Assembly: GCA_026387355.1 (NCBI GenBank)
Contig: JAPLLW010000006.1
Span: forward strand, 23,362 to 87,361
Direction: 5' to 3'
DNA: 64,000 bases
Source of the DNA: Candidatus Omnitrophota bacterium
Lineage (GTDB): Bacteria > Omnitrophota > Gorgyraeia > Gygaellales > Profunditerraquicolaceae
Below the pieces are notes generated by a model. The model was not told the DNA's origin, searched no databases, and saw only the letters and a program-made list of their open reading frames with translations. The translations under genes and the position numbers were made by a program. How positions within the stretch are numbered: the stretch's first letter is position 1; the number at the start of each line of letters is the position of its first letter. Positions 31,336-41,099 of the stretch are shown piece after piece.

Positions 31336-32450
31336 TCATAAATAATCATCAAATTGGATATAGGCCTACCTGGGCAGAAATTAACCTGGATAATCTTGAG
31401 TATAATTTTTTCCAGATAAAAGACAGAATTTCACCCGGGACTAGAATGCTAGTTACGGTCAAGGCGGATGCCTATGGCCATGGCTTAGTTCCCGTATCTC
31501 AAAGGCTGACCTCTTGCGGTGTTGATTATCTTGGGGTTGCCTCTATAGATGAGGGGATAAAATTACGCGAGGCAGGAATAAGGATTCCGGTTTTGATCCT
31601 AGGCTTAATCTTTAAGAAAGACATAGAGCCGCTTTTTAAATATAATCTCACTACAACCGTTTGCGATGAGGATTTGAGCGTAGCTATAAATAATAAAGCC
31701 CGTTCTATCCACAAAAAAGCAAAAGTGCATATTAAGGTCGATACGGGTATGGGCCGCATTGGTATTGCGCATCGCGACGCGCATAAGCTAGTAAAAAAGA
31801 TACACAGCTTAAGGAACATTAGCGTAGAAGGGCTTTTTACGCATTTTGCCTTTGCGGACATAAACAAAGATTTCACATTCTATCAGATTGATCTTTTTGA
31901 TAAACTGCTTAAGAATTTAGCCAAAGACGGCATAAGGATTCCTTTAATCCACGCAGCTAACAGCATGGGAGTTCTTGATTACAAAAAAAGCCATTTTAAT
32001 ATGGTTAGGCCCGGCTTAGTGATCTATGGACTTTTTCCTAAAGATAGCTTAAAGATTAACCTAAGGCCAGTGCTGAGTTTAAAAACAAGGGTCGTTTATG
32101 TTAAGAAGGTCCCTGCGGGTTCAGGTATTAGTTACGGGCATGATTATATTACAAAAAAAGCAACTACAATTGTGACTCTACCGATTGGTTACGGAGATGG
32201 CTATCCGCGCAATCTTTCTAATAGAGCCTTTTGTTTAATAAGGGGTAAGCGTTTTAAGATGTGCGGTAAGATTTGCATGGACCAGATTATGGTTGATGTC
32301 GGGTCTACGCAAGTAAGAATAGGTGATGAAGTGGTTTTAATCGGCGCGCAAGGAAGAAGTAAGATTAATGTTGAAGAATTAGCGCAACTCTGCGGAACTA
32401 TCCCCTACGAAATTGTCTGCGGATTAGGAAGCCGTATCCCAAGAGTATAA
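31332..32450 (+). CDS. alr: Alanine racemase
   Basis: VKADAYGHG, HIKVDTGMGR, GYGDGY. Confidence 0.96.
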   Translation: MIINNHQIGYRPTWAEINLDNLEYNFFQIKDRISPGTRMLVTVKADAYGHGLVPVSQRLTSCGVDYLGVASIDEGIKLREAGIRIPVLILGLIFKKDIEPLFKYNLTTTVCDEDLSVAINNKARSIHKKAKVHIKVDTGMGRIGIAHRDAHKLVKKIHSLRNISVEGLFTHFAFADINKDFTFYQIDLFDKLLKNLAKDGIRIPLIHAANSMGVLDYKKSHFNMVRPGLVIYGLFPKDSLKINLRPVLSLKTRVVYVKKVPAGSGISYGHDYITKKATTIVTLPIGYGDGYPRNLSNRAFCLIRGKRFKMCGKICMDQIMVDVGSTQVRIGDEVVLIGAQGRSKINVEELAQLCGTIPYEIVCGLGSRIPRV

Positions 32451-32454
32451 ATCC

Positions 32455-33555
32455 TTAAGGAAGTTTATTAATTAGATAAATACTGAAGATTATGGCAATA
32501 ATATGTCCGCCTGAAGCAGCTAATATCGGAGGAAGTAACCCGCCGCGTCCTATGGCAATACATATGGCATCAAGTATATAATATAAAAATCCCACCATAA
32601 TTGAAAAGCCTATAGAGGAGAGTCCGGTAGCGCGTTTGCGCATGATTAACGAGAAAGGTATGCCTAACAAGATCATAATCAGACTTGAAAAAGGCGAGAA
32701 GAATTTTTGGTAAAGGTCTATATTTAAAGTGTTGATTACGGTTTTTGCTCCGCTTTTAGAGAGTTTCCAGATATAGTTATCCAATTGGTTTATGGTCATA
32801 TATTCCGGACGCTGTCTCTGGGCAAGAAAATCATGCGGCGTTTCGGGTATAGTCATTATTTCTTCTTCAAAATAAAGCGGTTCGTCAATAATCTGGCCGT
32901 TTTTGTCAAAATTATAAGTAATTGACTGATAAAACTTCCAAAGTCCGTCTTCATAAGCGCCTTTATTGGCGATTATCTTACGCGTGAGGTTTTGTTCTTC
33001 ATCCTGTTCCAGTATTGTTATCCCCTGCATTGTTTTTGTAGTAGGATAAAACTTGTTGATAAAGAATAGCCTGTTTCTTAAGCCATACATAGAAACATTA
33101 GTTAATACTTCAGTTTTCTTTTCATTCCTATTCTTGCCAGCTTCATCCATCTGGGCTATGATCTTCTGGGTAGTGAGCATGGCTTTGGGCGCAAAGCGGT
33201 CATTAATCCAGAAAACAAGCAGGCTAATCATTAAACCAAAGAGTATTACAGTTTTAGTGATATAGAGTATGCTTAGGCCTGCGGCGCGCATAGCGATAAT
33301 CTCATTATCATGATTTAATTTACTGAATGTATAAAGCGTACTCAGGAGACAGGAGAAGGGGGCAACCTGGACGAACATTATTGGTAGATAGGTAATATAA
33401 TATTGAATTAGCAGGGTGTAGTGTATTTGAGATTTTATAATATCTTCAAGCTTTGAAAGAACATCAATTATTACGTACATGAACAGAAAGACGAAGACGC
33501 AGGAGACAAAAATAGTTATTACAGATTTTAAAATGTGGCGGTCTAGGATGCGCAT
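32455..33555 (-). CDS. lptG: LPS export permease, LptG-like
   Basis: YjgP/YjgQ family topology, NEIIAMRAAG; second gene of the pair. Confidence 0.8.
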   Translation of the reverse strand: MRILDRHILKSVITIFVSCVFVFLFMYVIIDVLSKLEDIIKSQIHYTLLIQYYITYLPIMFVQVAPFSCLLSTLYTFSKLNHDNEIIAMRAAGLSILYITKTVILFGLMISLLVFWINDRFAPKAMLTTQKIIAQMDEAGKNRNEKKTEVLTNVSMYGLRNRLFFINKFYPTTKTMQGITILEQDEEQNLTRKIIANKGAYEDGLWKFYQSITYNFDKNGQIIDEPLYFEEEIMTIPETPHDFLAQRQRPEYMTINQLDNYIWKLSKSGAKTVINTLNIDLYQKFFSPFSSLIMILLGIPFSLIMRKRATGLSSIGFSIMVGFLYYILDAICIAIGRGGLLPPILAASGGHIIAIIFSIYLINKLP

Positions 33556-34649
33556 AGTTTATAAGTAAAAAATAAGCCTATTGTGCCAAATAGGAGATTA
33601 GGAATCCAGATGGCTAATGTCGGATCAATAACGCCCTGGATTCCCATAGATTCGCAACCGATGAGTAGCGGATAATATACGATAAAGATAAGAATAGCTA
33701 TTCCTATGTTGATAGTTTTTTCTCGGCGCCGGGTGATAATGCCAAAAGGGGCACCGATTAGTATAAAGACAAGGCATGAGAAGGCCAGACTAATTTTTTC
33801 ATTAATCTCGACGATTAATGGCGCAGGGTTTATGTTTTCTTTCTTAAGCCTGGCTATCTCTTCTTGGAGTTCTTGAATAGTCATCTCTTTGTATTTCTTT
33901 GTCAAATTTGTGCTTTTTTGCGCGTCAGCCAGATTTAGATTCATGAAATAAGTCTTAAAATTTAATTTATAGAAATTAGTGGGGTTACTCGGGTCCGGTT
34001 CGTCAGATGTCCCGTCCATAAGTTTAAGTTTTACCGAATTCTTCTCTGGTATAGTTATAAATTCACCGCTTCTGGCAACTATGGTTCGCGTAGGCTTATC
34101 ATCTCCTTGCGGCTCGTAAATGCGCACATTAATTAAGCGGTTTCTTTTCTGGTCTACCTTGTAAATGAAAAGTACGTATTTCTGGAAAGTATTAATGAAG
34201 ACGCCTTCTTCAAATGCAGCTGTAGGATTCTTAACCCCAATTTCAATCAAGGTTTTGCGGTAGGCGAAATGAGCGTATGAGGCAGCCTGGTCATTGAATA
34301 TTACCAGGCCCAAGCTTAAGATTAAGCCAATCGTAAGCAATGGTAATATGAGTTTGAAGAGGTTTATCCCGCTTGCCCTTATGGCGATAATTTCGTTATC
34401 GCTAGAAAGCCTGCCCAGGGACATAAGTACTGCCACAAGCACTGAAATAGGTAAGGCATAAGTCACCATATAGGGAGTCATAAGCAGGAATACCTTGAGC
34501 ACGCTAAAGATGTCCACGCCTTTATTAATTACTAGATCTGCTATTTTCTTAAGGTTTCCTACAACAAGCATAAGAAAGCTTAATACGCCTAGGGTTAGAA
34601 AGAGCGGTCCGGTGAATTCCTTTAATAAATAATTACGTATTATTCGCAT
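33543..34649 (-). CDS. lptF: LPS export permease, LptF-like
   Basis: GRLSSDNEIIAIRASG, WIPN; first gene of the pair. Confidence 0.8.
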   Translation of the reverse strand: MRIIRNYLLKEFTGPLFLTLGVLSFLMLVVGNLKKIADLVINKGVDIFSVLKVFLLMTPYMVTYALPISVLVAVLMSLGRLSSDNEIIAIRASGINLFKLILPLLTIGLILSLGLVIFNDQAASYAHFAYRKTLIEIGVKNPTAAFEEGVFINTFQKYVLFIYKVDQKRNRLINVRIYEPQGDDKPTRTIVARSGEFITIPEKNSVKLKLMDGTSDEPDPSNPTNFYKLNFKTYFMNLNLADAQKSTNLTKKYKEMTIQELQEEIARLKKENINPAPLIVEINEKISLAFSCLVFILIGAPFGIITRRREKTINIGIAILIFIVYYPLLIGCESMGIQGVIDPTLAIWIPNLLFGTIGLFFTYKLCAS

Positions 34650-34653
34650 AGGT

Positions 34654-35379
34654 TTAGTTGGCTAAAGTTAATACAAATACAATATTTGCCCCTGATTTTT
34701 TTAAGGCTTTAGCTGCTTCGGAAGATGTAGCTCCGGTAGTAAGTACATCGTCTATCAATAATAAATTCTTATCTTCCAGGTGTGTTTCTTTTCTAACAGA
34801 GAAGCTATTCTCTACATTTACGAAACGCGTCTCTATCGGTAAATTAGTTTGTGTCTTGGTCGGGCGGTGGCGTATGAGTATGTCGTTTGCAAGGTCCTTT
34901 TTGAAAAAGCATGCTATTTGCCTACTCAAGGCTTCAGCCTGGTTAAATTCTCTTTCGCGTAAGCGTGTCTTATGTAATGGCATAGGGATTATAAGATCCA
35001 GATAATTAATGGGCAAGCTATATTCGTTAATAAAATTAATCATCATTTCACTTAATGGTTTAGCGAGATCGATTTTAGCTTTATATTTGAACTCATGAAC
35101 TAGCTCTTTTATTACTCCTTCATATATGCATGGGCTAAATGCGCGGTCAAAGCTAAGTTTTCTTCTTGAACAATCAGAGCAAATAGATTTATTCAGAGAT
35201 TCTCTCTCTAAGTGTCTCCCGCAGCTTTGACAGAAGGGAGGTATATTCTTCTTGATTCTTGCTTTGCACGAGCTGCATATAGAAATTTCTATAGCTTGAG
35301 TGTTAAGTTTAACTTTGCAACTCGGGCATGTTTTAGGATATAGCGTATTTATCAAATCCTGAAAACACCTACGTAGCAT
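34654..35379 (-). CDS. comF: ComF-family phosphoribosyltransferase-like competence protein
   Basis: Double zinc ribbon, P.PLH..R..ER.FNQ, LIDDVLTTGAT. Confidence 0.88.
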   Translation of the reverse strand: MLRRCFQDLINTLYPKTCPSCKVKLNTQAIEISICSSCKARIKKNIPPFCQSCGRHLERESLNKSICSDCSRRKLSFDRAFSPCIYEGVIKELVHEFKYKAKIDLAKPLSEMMINFINEYSLPINYLDLIIPMPLHKTRLREREFNQAEALSRQIACFFKKDLANDILIRHRPTKTQTNLPIETRFVNVENSFSVRKETHLEDKNLLLIDDVLTTGATSSEAAKALKKSGANIVFVLTLAN

Positions 35380-35496
35380 AGGGATATAATAACAGCTAAA
35401 AGTATATTTGTCAATTTCACTCTTAGAAGTAGTTTCTTAAGGTAATTTATAGTCTTAGATTGATATAACAATAGTTTAATGTTATAATAAAAAACT

Positions 35497-36185
35497 ATGA
35501 AAAGAACGCCAAAAATAATAATCATCATTTTGCTCAGCTTGTTTCTTATTCTCTTGAGTATGGTGATTTTTACCATCTTTTTTGACCAGGCAGTTATAGT
35601 GCGTAGGAATACGATTTATCGCGCAAATACTTATTGGATGAGTTAAAGAGGGCTAAGGTCAAGGCTACTTTTTTTATGTTAGGAGAACATGTAGCTAAGT
35701 ATCCGCAGGTTGCCCGAAGGGTGGTAAATGAGGGTCATGAAGTAGGGAACCATACATATACTCATCACGGGCTTCTCTATTATACTAATGATGAGTTAAA
35801 AAAAGAGATTAATGATGCTCAAGAAATCATAAGAAGCGCTACAGGAGTTACGACTTTATATTTCAGACCCCCCAAGGCTTGGCTTACAAACGAAGAAAAG
35901 GCCCAGATTGGTAAGATGGGTTATAAGGTTATTCTTTGGTCTTTAAATTCTAAGGATTGGGTGAGTTTTGATGATAAGTATATTGTAAATTATATAGTGC
36001 GTAATATAAGGCCCGGGGATATCCTGCTTTTTCATGACAGTGGCGGCGTATTTAGTATCGAAGGAGGGAGCAGGAAGGAGACGGTAAGGGTTATTTACAG
36101 GTTGGTAGAAAAGTTGCAGGAAAAAGGTTATAAGTTTGTTACAATAAGCGAACTTTTAAATGGAGAAAATAGTAATGGGGAATAA
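35497..36185 (+). pseudogene. Polysaccharide deacetylase (CE4/NodB), frameshifted and missing motif 1
   Basis: The TM-anchored N-terminal frame 35497-35646 stops early; the remainder (35634-36185, HEVGNHTYTH, FRPP, SKDW, LLFHD) is in another frame; TFDDGP is absent. Confidence 0.7.
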
Positions 36186-37830
36186 GACAAAACAAATAAT
36201 TATTTTGATTTTCTTGGCGTATATTTTTCTAATGTTTGGTAACGGGTTATTAAGCTTAACTAATCCCGATGAGGTTTTCTACACCCAGACAGCTAGAGAG
36301 ATGATTCAACACAAAACCTGGATGACTCCTATATTATTCGGCCAGCCGCAATTTGAGAAACCCATTTTTATCTACTGGCTTATAAGGGTCAGCTTTAGCA
36401 TTTTCGGGAATACCAGTTTTGCCGCACGCTTTGGCCCTGCGTTTATAGCAATCCTGGGAATTATCGCAACTTACTTATTGGCACTCCTTGGTTTTAAGGA
36501 TAATAAAAAAGCCTTTTTTGTAAGTTTCATTCTGATGTCATCTGGTCTTTATATCGGTTTAGCCAGAACCGTATTTACGGATATGATCTTTTCAGTATTT
36601 ATCCTTTTTGCATTGTTAGCTTTTTATTGGGGGTATACCTGTAAAGCAAGGAAGGGTTTAGGTTTAATTTTATTCTTTGTTTCATCAGCATTGGCAGTTT
36701 TATCCAAGGGGCCGTTGGGCATTTTAATCCCGTTTTCAATTATTTTGGTTTTTCTTTTTATTAAGAAAGATTTAAAGTTTGTTATTTCAAAATATTCATT
36801 ATTGGGATTAATCGCCTTTGCTGCAATTGCCCTGCCCTGGTATATTCTTATGGAAGTAAAATACGGCTCTGTTTTTAATCGGGAGTTTTTCTATAATGAC
36901 CACTTCGTGCGCATTATCCGCGCAGAGCACAGAGATAATGACACTTGGTATTTTTATCCGCTTACAGCGTTGGGAGCTGTTTTCCCGTGGACCATTTATA
37001 CCTGTATTGCCTTAGTCTGCCTTTTTATTAATATCGGGCGCAGGATGAAGGATTTTAATCTATTTTTGCTTTTGTGGGTAAGTTCAGTATTCTTAACTTT
37101 TCAATTTGCCCACTCTAAGCTTACCAGTTATGTCTTTCCTTTCTTCCCGGCGCTGGCTATTATGACTGGGGATTATATTTATGATCAGGTTTTAGCTAAA
37201 AAACAGAGTCGCGTATTTTTTGTTGCCTCAATAATTATGGCAGTTGTTTTATTTATCTTTCCTATCGCTATACCTATAGCTGGGATATCTATTTTAAAGG
37301 ATTATCCAATTTTTATTGAACCGGGGCCATTGGTTTATTTTTCATTTTCCCTCTTAATCTTAATGGCGGTCTTATTTCTAGTTTTTATTTTACGGCGTAA
37401 GTTTATGAAAGCATTCTACCTTTTGTCTTTGCCGGTTTTAGTTTTAATATTTTCAGCAGGTTTTATGCATGAGAAAATTGAGCCTTATGTTTCTTCTCGT
37501 GACGCAGCTAATTATTTAATGAATAATTATAAAGTGGAAGGTCCGATTATCTGCAGCAAGTTTTATGCCAGAGGTGTAAGATTTTATACCGATAAAGAGG
37601 TTGTGGCAGTGGATATCCCGGGTTCGCAATTTTTTAGTCCGCATCCGATTCTTTTTCTGGATACTCATCAAAAGGTAAGAGATTTTTTAAGTAAACGTCC
37701 GATTAATTACGGTATTTTAAAGAAAAATAATGTCAGAGACTTTGAGGGTCTGACAGAAAAACATTACAAGTTTGAGGTTCTTAAACAATGCGGCAATGAA
37801 TATGTGGTAAGGATTTCGCCGTTGCCGTAG
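36175..37830 (+). CDS. ArnT/PMT-like (GT83/GT39) membrane glycosyltransferase
   Basis: PDEVFY..AREM, FEKP, D.IFS, KGP, multiple TMs. Confidence 0.85.
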   Translation: MGNKTKQIIILIFLAYIFLMFGNGLLSLTNPDEVFYTQTAREMIQHKTWMTPILFGQPQFEKPIFIYWLIRVSFSIFGNTSFAARFGPAFIAILGIIATYLLALLGFKDNKKAFFVSFILMSSGLYIGLARTVFTDMIFSVFILFALLAFYWGYTCKARKGLGLILFFVSSALAVLSKGPLGILIPFSIILVFLFIKKDLKFVISKYSLLGLIAFAAIALPWYILMEVKYGSVFNREFFYNDHFVRIIRAEHRDNDTWYFYPLTALGAVFPWTIYTCIALVCLFINIGRRMKDFNLFLLLWVSSVFLTFQFAHSKLTSYVFPFFPALAIMTGDYIYDQVLAKKQSRVFFVASIIMAVVLFIFPIAIPIAGISILKDYPIFIEPGPLVYFSFSLLILMAVLFLVFILRRKFMKAFYLLSLPVLVLIFSAGFMHEKIEPYVSSRDAANYLMNNYKVEGPIICSKFYARGVRFYTDKEVVAVDIPGSQFFSPHPILFLDTHQKVRDFLSKRPINYGILKKNNVRDFEGLTEKHYKFEVLKQCGNEYVVRISPLP

Positions 37831-37840
37831 CGGCAATTTG

Positions 37841-37869
37841 TTGACACAGGTTCTAAGAGAGGGTAAAAT
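37841..37869 (+). promoter_or_regulatory. Sigma70-type promoter of pyrE (TTGACA-17-TAAAAT)
   Basis: Direct reading; ATG at 37877. Confidence 0.7.
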
Positions 37870-37876
37870 GGAAAAC

Positions 37877-38434
37877 ATGTATACGAGTATAGACGAGTTA
37901 AAGAAGCAATTGTTATCCTTGTTGAATAAGGAAGCATTAAAGAGGGGGGAGTTTATCCTCTCTAGCGGTAAGGCGAGTAATTATTATTTAGACGGCCGGG
38001 TAATTACGCTGACACCCGAAGGCGCATATTTAGTTGCCAGTATTATTCTGAAGTTGTATAAGGATAAAAAAATAGTTGCAATTGGTGGTCCTACTTTAGG
38101 TGCAGATCCGATTGTCGGAGCGATTGCCTGCTTAAGCCATATTAAGAGTATTCCTTTAAAAACATTTATTGTGCGTAAGGTGGTAAAAGAGCATGGCGCA
38201 CAACGGCAAATAGAAGGTCCTTTTATTGAAAAAGGCAGTAAGGTTATTCTGGTTGATGATGTAGCAACTACCGGTAAAGCGTTAATTGAAGCAAAGTTAG
38301 CTTTGGATAGAGCCGGAATTTTGTCAGATACCGCTATAGTTATAGTAGACAGGTGCGAAGGCGCAAGTGTGAATTTGGCAAAAGAAGGCCTGAAGCTCGA
38401 ATCTATTTTTACCATAAAAGACTTCGGTCTTTAG
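37877..38434 (+). CDS. pyrE: Orotate phosphoribosyltransferase
   Basis: GEF.LSSG..S.YY.D, RK..KEHG, VDDVATTG; start chosen downstream of the promoter. Confidence 0.92.
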   Translation: MYTSIDELKKQLLSLLNKEALKRGEFILSSGKASNYYLDGRVITLTPEGAYLVASIILKLYKDKKIVAIGGPTLGADPIVGAIACLSHIKSIPLKTFIVRKVVKEHGAQRQIEGPFIEKGSKVILVDDVATTGKALIEAKLALDRAGILSDTAIVIVDRCEGASVNLAKEGLKLESIFTIKDFGL

Positions 38435-38444
38435 GTATAATCCT

Positions 38445-39689
38445 GTGCAAAAAAAGAAAATTGTTGTTGTAGGCGCAGGCCCCGCAGGTATGATGGCGGC
38501 AATCAAGGCCGGCTCTCTGGGGCAAGATGTAATCCTCGTTGAGAAAAACTCCATCCTAGGTAATAAACTCCTTCTTAGCGGCAAAGGCCGTTGTAATCTA
38601 ACCAATGCGTGCGAATTAGATCTGTTTCTGGAAAGATTTCCTAAAAGCGGGCAGTTCTTGAGGGATGCATTCAAGAAATTCTTTAATCAGGATCTAATGA
38701 GCTTTTTTCAGGAGAGAGGTCTTGAGCTAAAAGTGGAGAGACAATTGCGCGTTTTTCCGGTTACAGATAGGTCTACTAGTATTGTCGATATACTAAAAGA
38801 AGAATTATTAAAACAAAATGTAAAGATTATGTTTAAGTTCAAGCTAATAGACATATTGATAAAAAATAACTCTGTAAAGGGTATATATATTAATGACGGA
38901 GAATTAGTTTATTGCGATAAATTAATTTTAGCTACCGGCGGAGCCTCTTATAGTTTTACCGGCTCAACCGGTGAAGGGTTAGCAATTGTTAAAAAGATAG
39001 GACATGAAATTGTTACGTTACTTCCGGGTTTAATCCCGCTTGATACGAAAGAAGACTATCCTAGGATTTTAAAGGGGTTAACCCTGAAGAATATTTCTAT
39101 TAAATTTTGCACTGGTAAATTAGAATTGATCTCTGAGGTAGGAGAACTTTTGTTTACGGGTACAGGTATTTCTGGTCCGCTGGTCTTAACTTTAAGCGCA
39201 AAGGTAGTTGATTGGCTTAGTCAAAAAAAGGATGTTTATGTGCAGATAGATTTAAAACCAGGACTTACTTATGAGCAGCTTGATGCTAGACTCTTAAGAG
39301 AATTCAAGGCAAATCCTAAGAAGGGTTTTAAAAAAATAGCTAAGAGTTTATTGCCTTTAAAATTAATCGATATTTTCCTAAAATTAACTAATATAGATCC
39401 TTTTAAGAAAGCCAACCAACTTACTCAGAAAGAACGTAATGATTTTGTCTCTCTGCTTAAGTGTTGGCGTCTAGTTATTTCTAGTTCAAGGCCGATTGAA
39501 GAGGGGATGGTTACCCAAGGCGGAGTTTCGCTGAAAGAGATTAATCCTCGCACAATGGAGTCGCGCATAATTAAAGGTTTATATTTTTGCGGTGAGATGA
39601 TTGATGTTGATGCCGATACTGGTGGGTTTAATCTGCAAGCTGCTTTTTCAACCGGGTATTTGGCGGGAGAGAGCGCCGGGTCAACTTGA
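38445..39689 (+). CDS. HI0933/YhiN-family flavoprotein
   Basis: GAGPAG, SGKGRCN.TN, VFP, GE..D....GGFNLQ.A. Confidence 0.92.
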   Translation: MQKKKIVVVGAGPAGMMAAIKAGSLGQDVILVEKNSILGNKLLLSGKGRCNLTNACELDLFLERFPKSGQFLRDAFKKFFNQDLMSFFQERGLELKVERQLRVFPVTDRSTSIVDILKEELLKQNVKIMFKFKLIDILIKNNSVKGIYINDGELVYCDKLILATGGASYSFTGSTGEGLAIVKKIGHEIVTLLPGLIPLDTKEDYPRILKGLTLKNISIKFCTGKLELISEVGELLFTGTGISGPLVLTLSAKVVDWLSQKKDVYVQIDLKPGLTYEQLDARLLREFKANPKKGFKKIAKSLLPLKLIDIFLKLTNIDPFKKANQLTQKERNDFVSLLKCWRLVISSSRPIEEGMVTQGGVSLKEINPRTMESRIIKGLYFCGEMIDVDADTGGFNLQAAFSTGYLAGESAGST

Positions 39690-39721
39690 TTGACGGGTGG
39701 CGCCGTGGCAGGACCCGTCAA
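39690..39721. repeat. GC-rich intergenic hairpin (REP-like or terminator)
   Basis: TTGACGGGT-N14-ACCCGTCAA. Confidence 0.55.
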
Positions 39722-39734
39722 ATAACTTAATTCT

Positions 39735-41099
39735 ATGATGAAACTTATATACCTAGCATCAAATTCTAAAACAAGAAAGAAACTGCTTGAGCAGCTTGGG
39801 GTGCGTTTTAAAGTTATCCCAAGCGAGGCTAAAGAAATACAAAATGCTAAGGGTATTTCTTACTCTAAGCTCGTAAAGATAAACGCTTTACTTAAGGCAA
39901 GGGATGTTGCCGTAAAGGTAAATAGCGGGGTGATTATAGGTGCTGACACGATTATGGTTCAGAATAAGAAAATATTCGGAAAGCCAAAGAACTTAGATGA
40001 CGCAAAAAAAATGCTTAAGAAGATATCTCAAGCTCCTCAGCGGGTTTATACGGGAGTAGCGGTTATTGATAAAGATTCAGGGAGAGAATTAGTCGATTAT
40101 GAAGTGACGACTATTTGCATGGATAAATTAAGCAAGAAAGAAATAGATGAATATTTCAAGAGGGTATCACCGTTAGATAAGGCAGGCAGTTTTGATGTGC
40201 AGGGTAAGGGCGCGATATTTATCCGTAGGATTGATGGTTGTTTTTATAATGTCGTAGGCCTGCCTTTAAGAAAGTTATACCGGATGTTTAATGCACTGCA
40301 TATAAAGCTATTTTTGTTTTTCCTAGCTACTACCTGCTATCTACTACCTACTATTTTATTGAGTGGCTGTTCTACTGAATACAATATTGTTACCGGAGAG
40401 CAGGAGGCTTATTTCTATAGTACTGATAAAGAAGTGCAGATGGGCCAGTCTATCGCGAAAGAAATAGCCAAGGAATACAAGTTTGTGGAAGATCCACTTG
40501 TTCAAAAGCGAGTAGAAGACATTGGTAAGAAAATTGCCGCAGTCAGTGATAGGAAAGAGATAGATTATCACTTCTTTGTTTTAGACGAAGATGAAATAAA
40601 CGCTGTTTCTTTGCCGGGAGGGTTTGTCTATGTATTTAAAGGCCTGGTTGATAAAGTTTCAAACGACGATGAGCTAGCGGGTGTATTGGCGCATGAAGTC
40701 GGACATATCGTCGCCAGACATAGTATAAAAAGGCTTCAAGGTGAGCAGGCTTATTCTATATTAAGATTGCTTGTGGCTGTTGCGCCAAATACAGGTGAAG
40801 TTGGCGCTGCCGCAGATGCAGCCTATACCGAATTATTATTGGGTTATTCCCGGGAAGATGAGTTGCTCGCGGATCGACTTGGAGCTCGTTACGCTAAACT
40901 AGCCGGCTATGACCCGAATGGGATGATCACTTTTCTGTTAAAGCTTCAAGAGGCCAATAAAAGACGGCCGCTTGAGCCAAAGTCATACTTTAAGACCCAC
41001 CCTTATGTGCCGGATAGAATCAGGGAAGTTAAAAGCGAGTTGGGGAGAGAATCAAGTTTCAGTGATTTTATTAATATTGAGCAAAATGCGCATAAGTAA
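39735..41099 (+). CDS. Maf nucleotide pyrophosphatase fused to an M48 (BepA-like) metallopeptidase
   Basis: LASNS..R, GADT, GKP, DKAG, NVVGLP; hydrophobic linker ending in LSGC; NA.SLPGG, HEVGH, YSREDE..AD, THP. Confidence 0.85.
   Translation: MMKLIYLASNSKTRKKLLEQLGVRFKVIPSEAKEIQNAKGISYSKLVKINALLKARDVAVKVNSGVIIGADTIMVQNKKIFGKPKNLDDAKKMLKKISQAPQRVYTGVAVIDKDSGRELVDYEVTTICMDKLSKKEIDEYFKRVSPLDKAGSFDVQGKGAIFIRRIDGCFYNVVGLPLRKLYRMFNALHIKLFLFFLATTCYLLPTILLSGCSTEYNIVTGEQEAYFYSTDKEVQMGQSIAKEIAKEYKFVEDPLVQKRVEDIGKKIAAVSDRKEIDYHFFVLDEDEINAVSLPGGFVYVFKGLVDKVSNDDELAGVLAHEVGHIVARHSIKRLQGEQAYSILRLLVAVAPNTGEVGAAADAAYTELLLGYSREDELLADRLGARYAKLAGYDPNGMITFLLKLQEANKRRPLEPKSYFKTHPYVPDRIREVKSELGRESSFSDFINIEQNAHK

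Noticed and set aside
35352-35576. 74-aa minus-strand ORF upstream of comF
   Set aside because: It is antisense to the deacetylase N-terminus and spans the divergent promoters; no recognisable motif.
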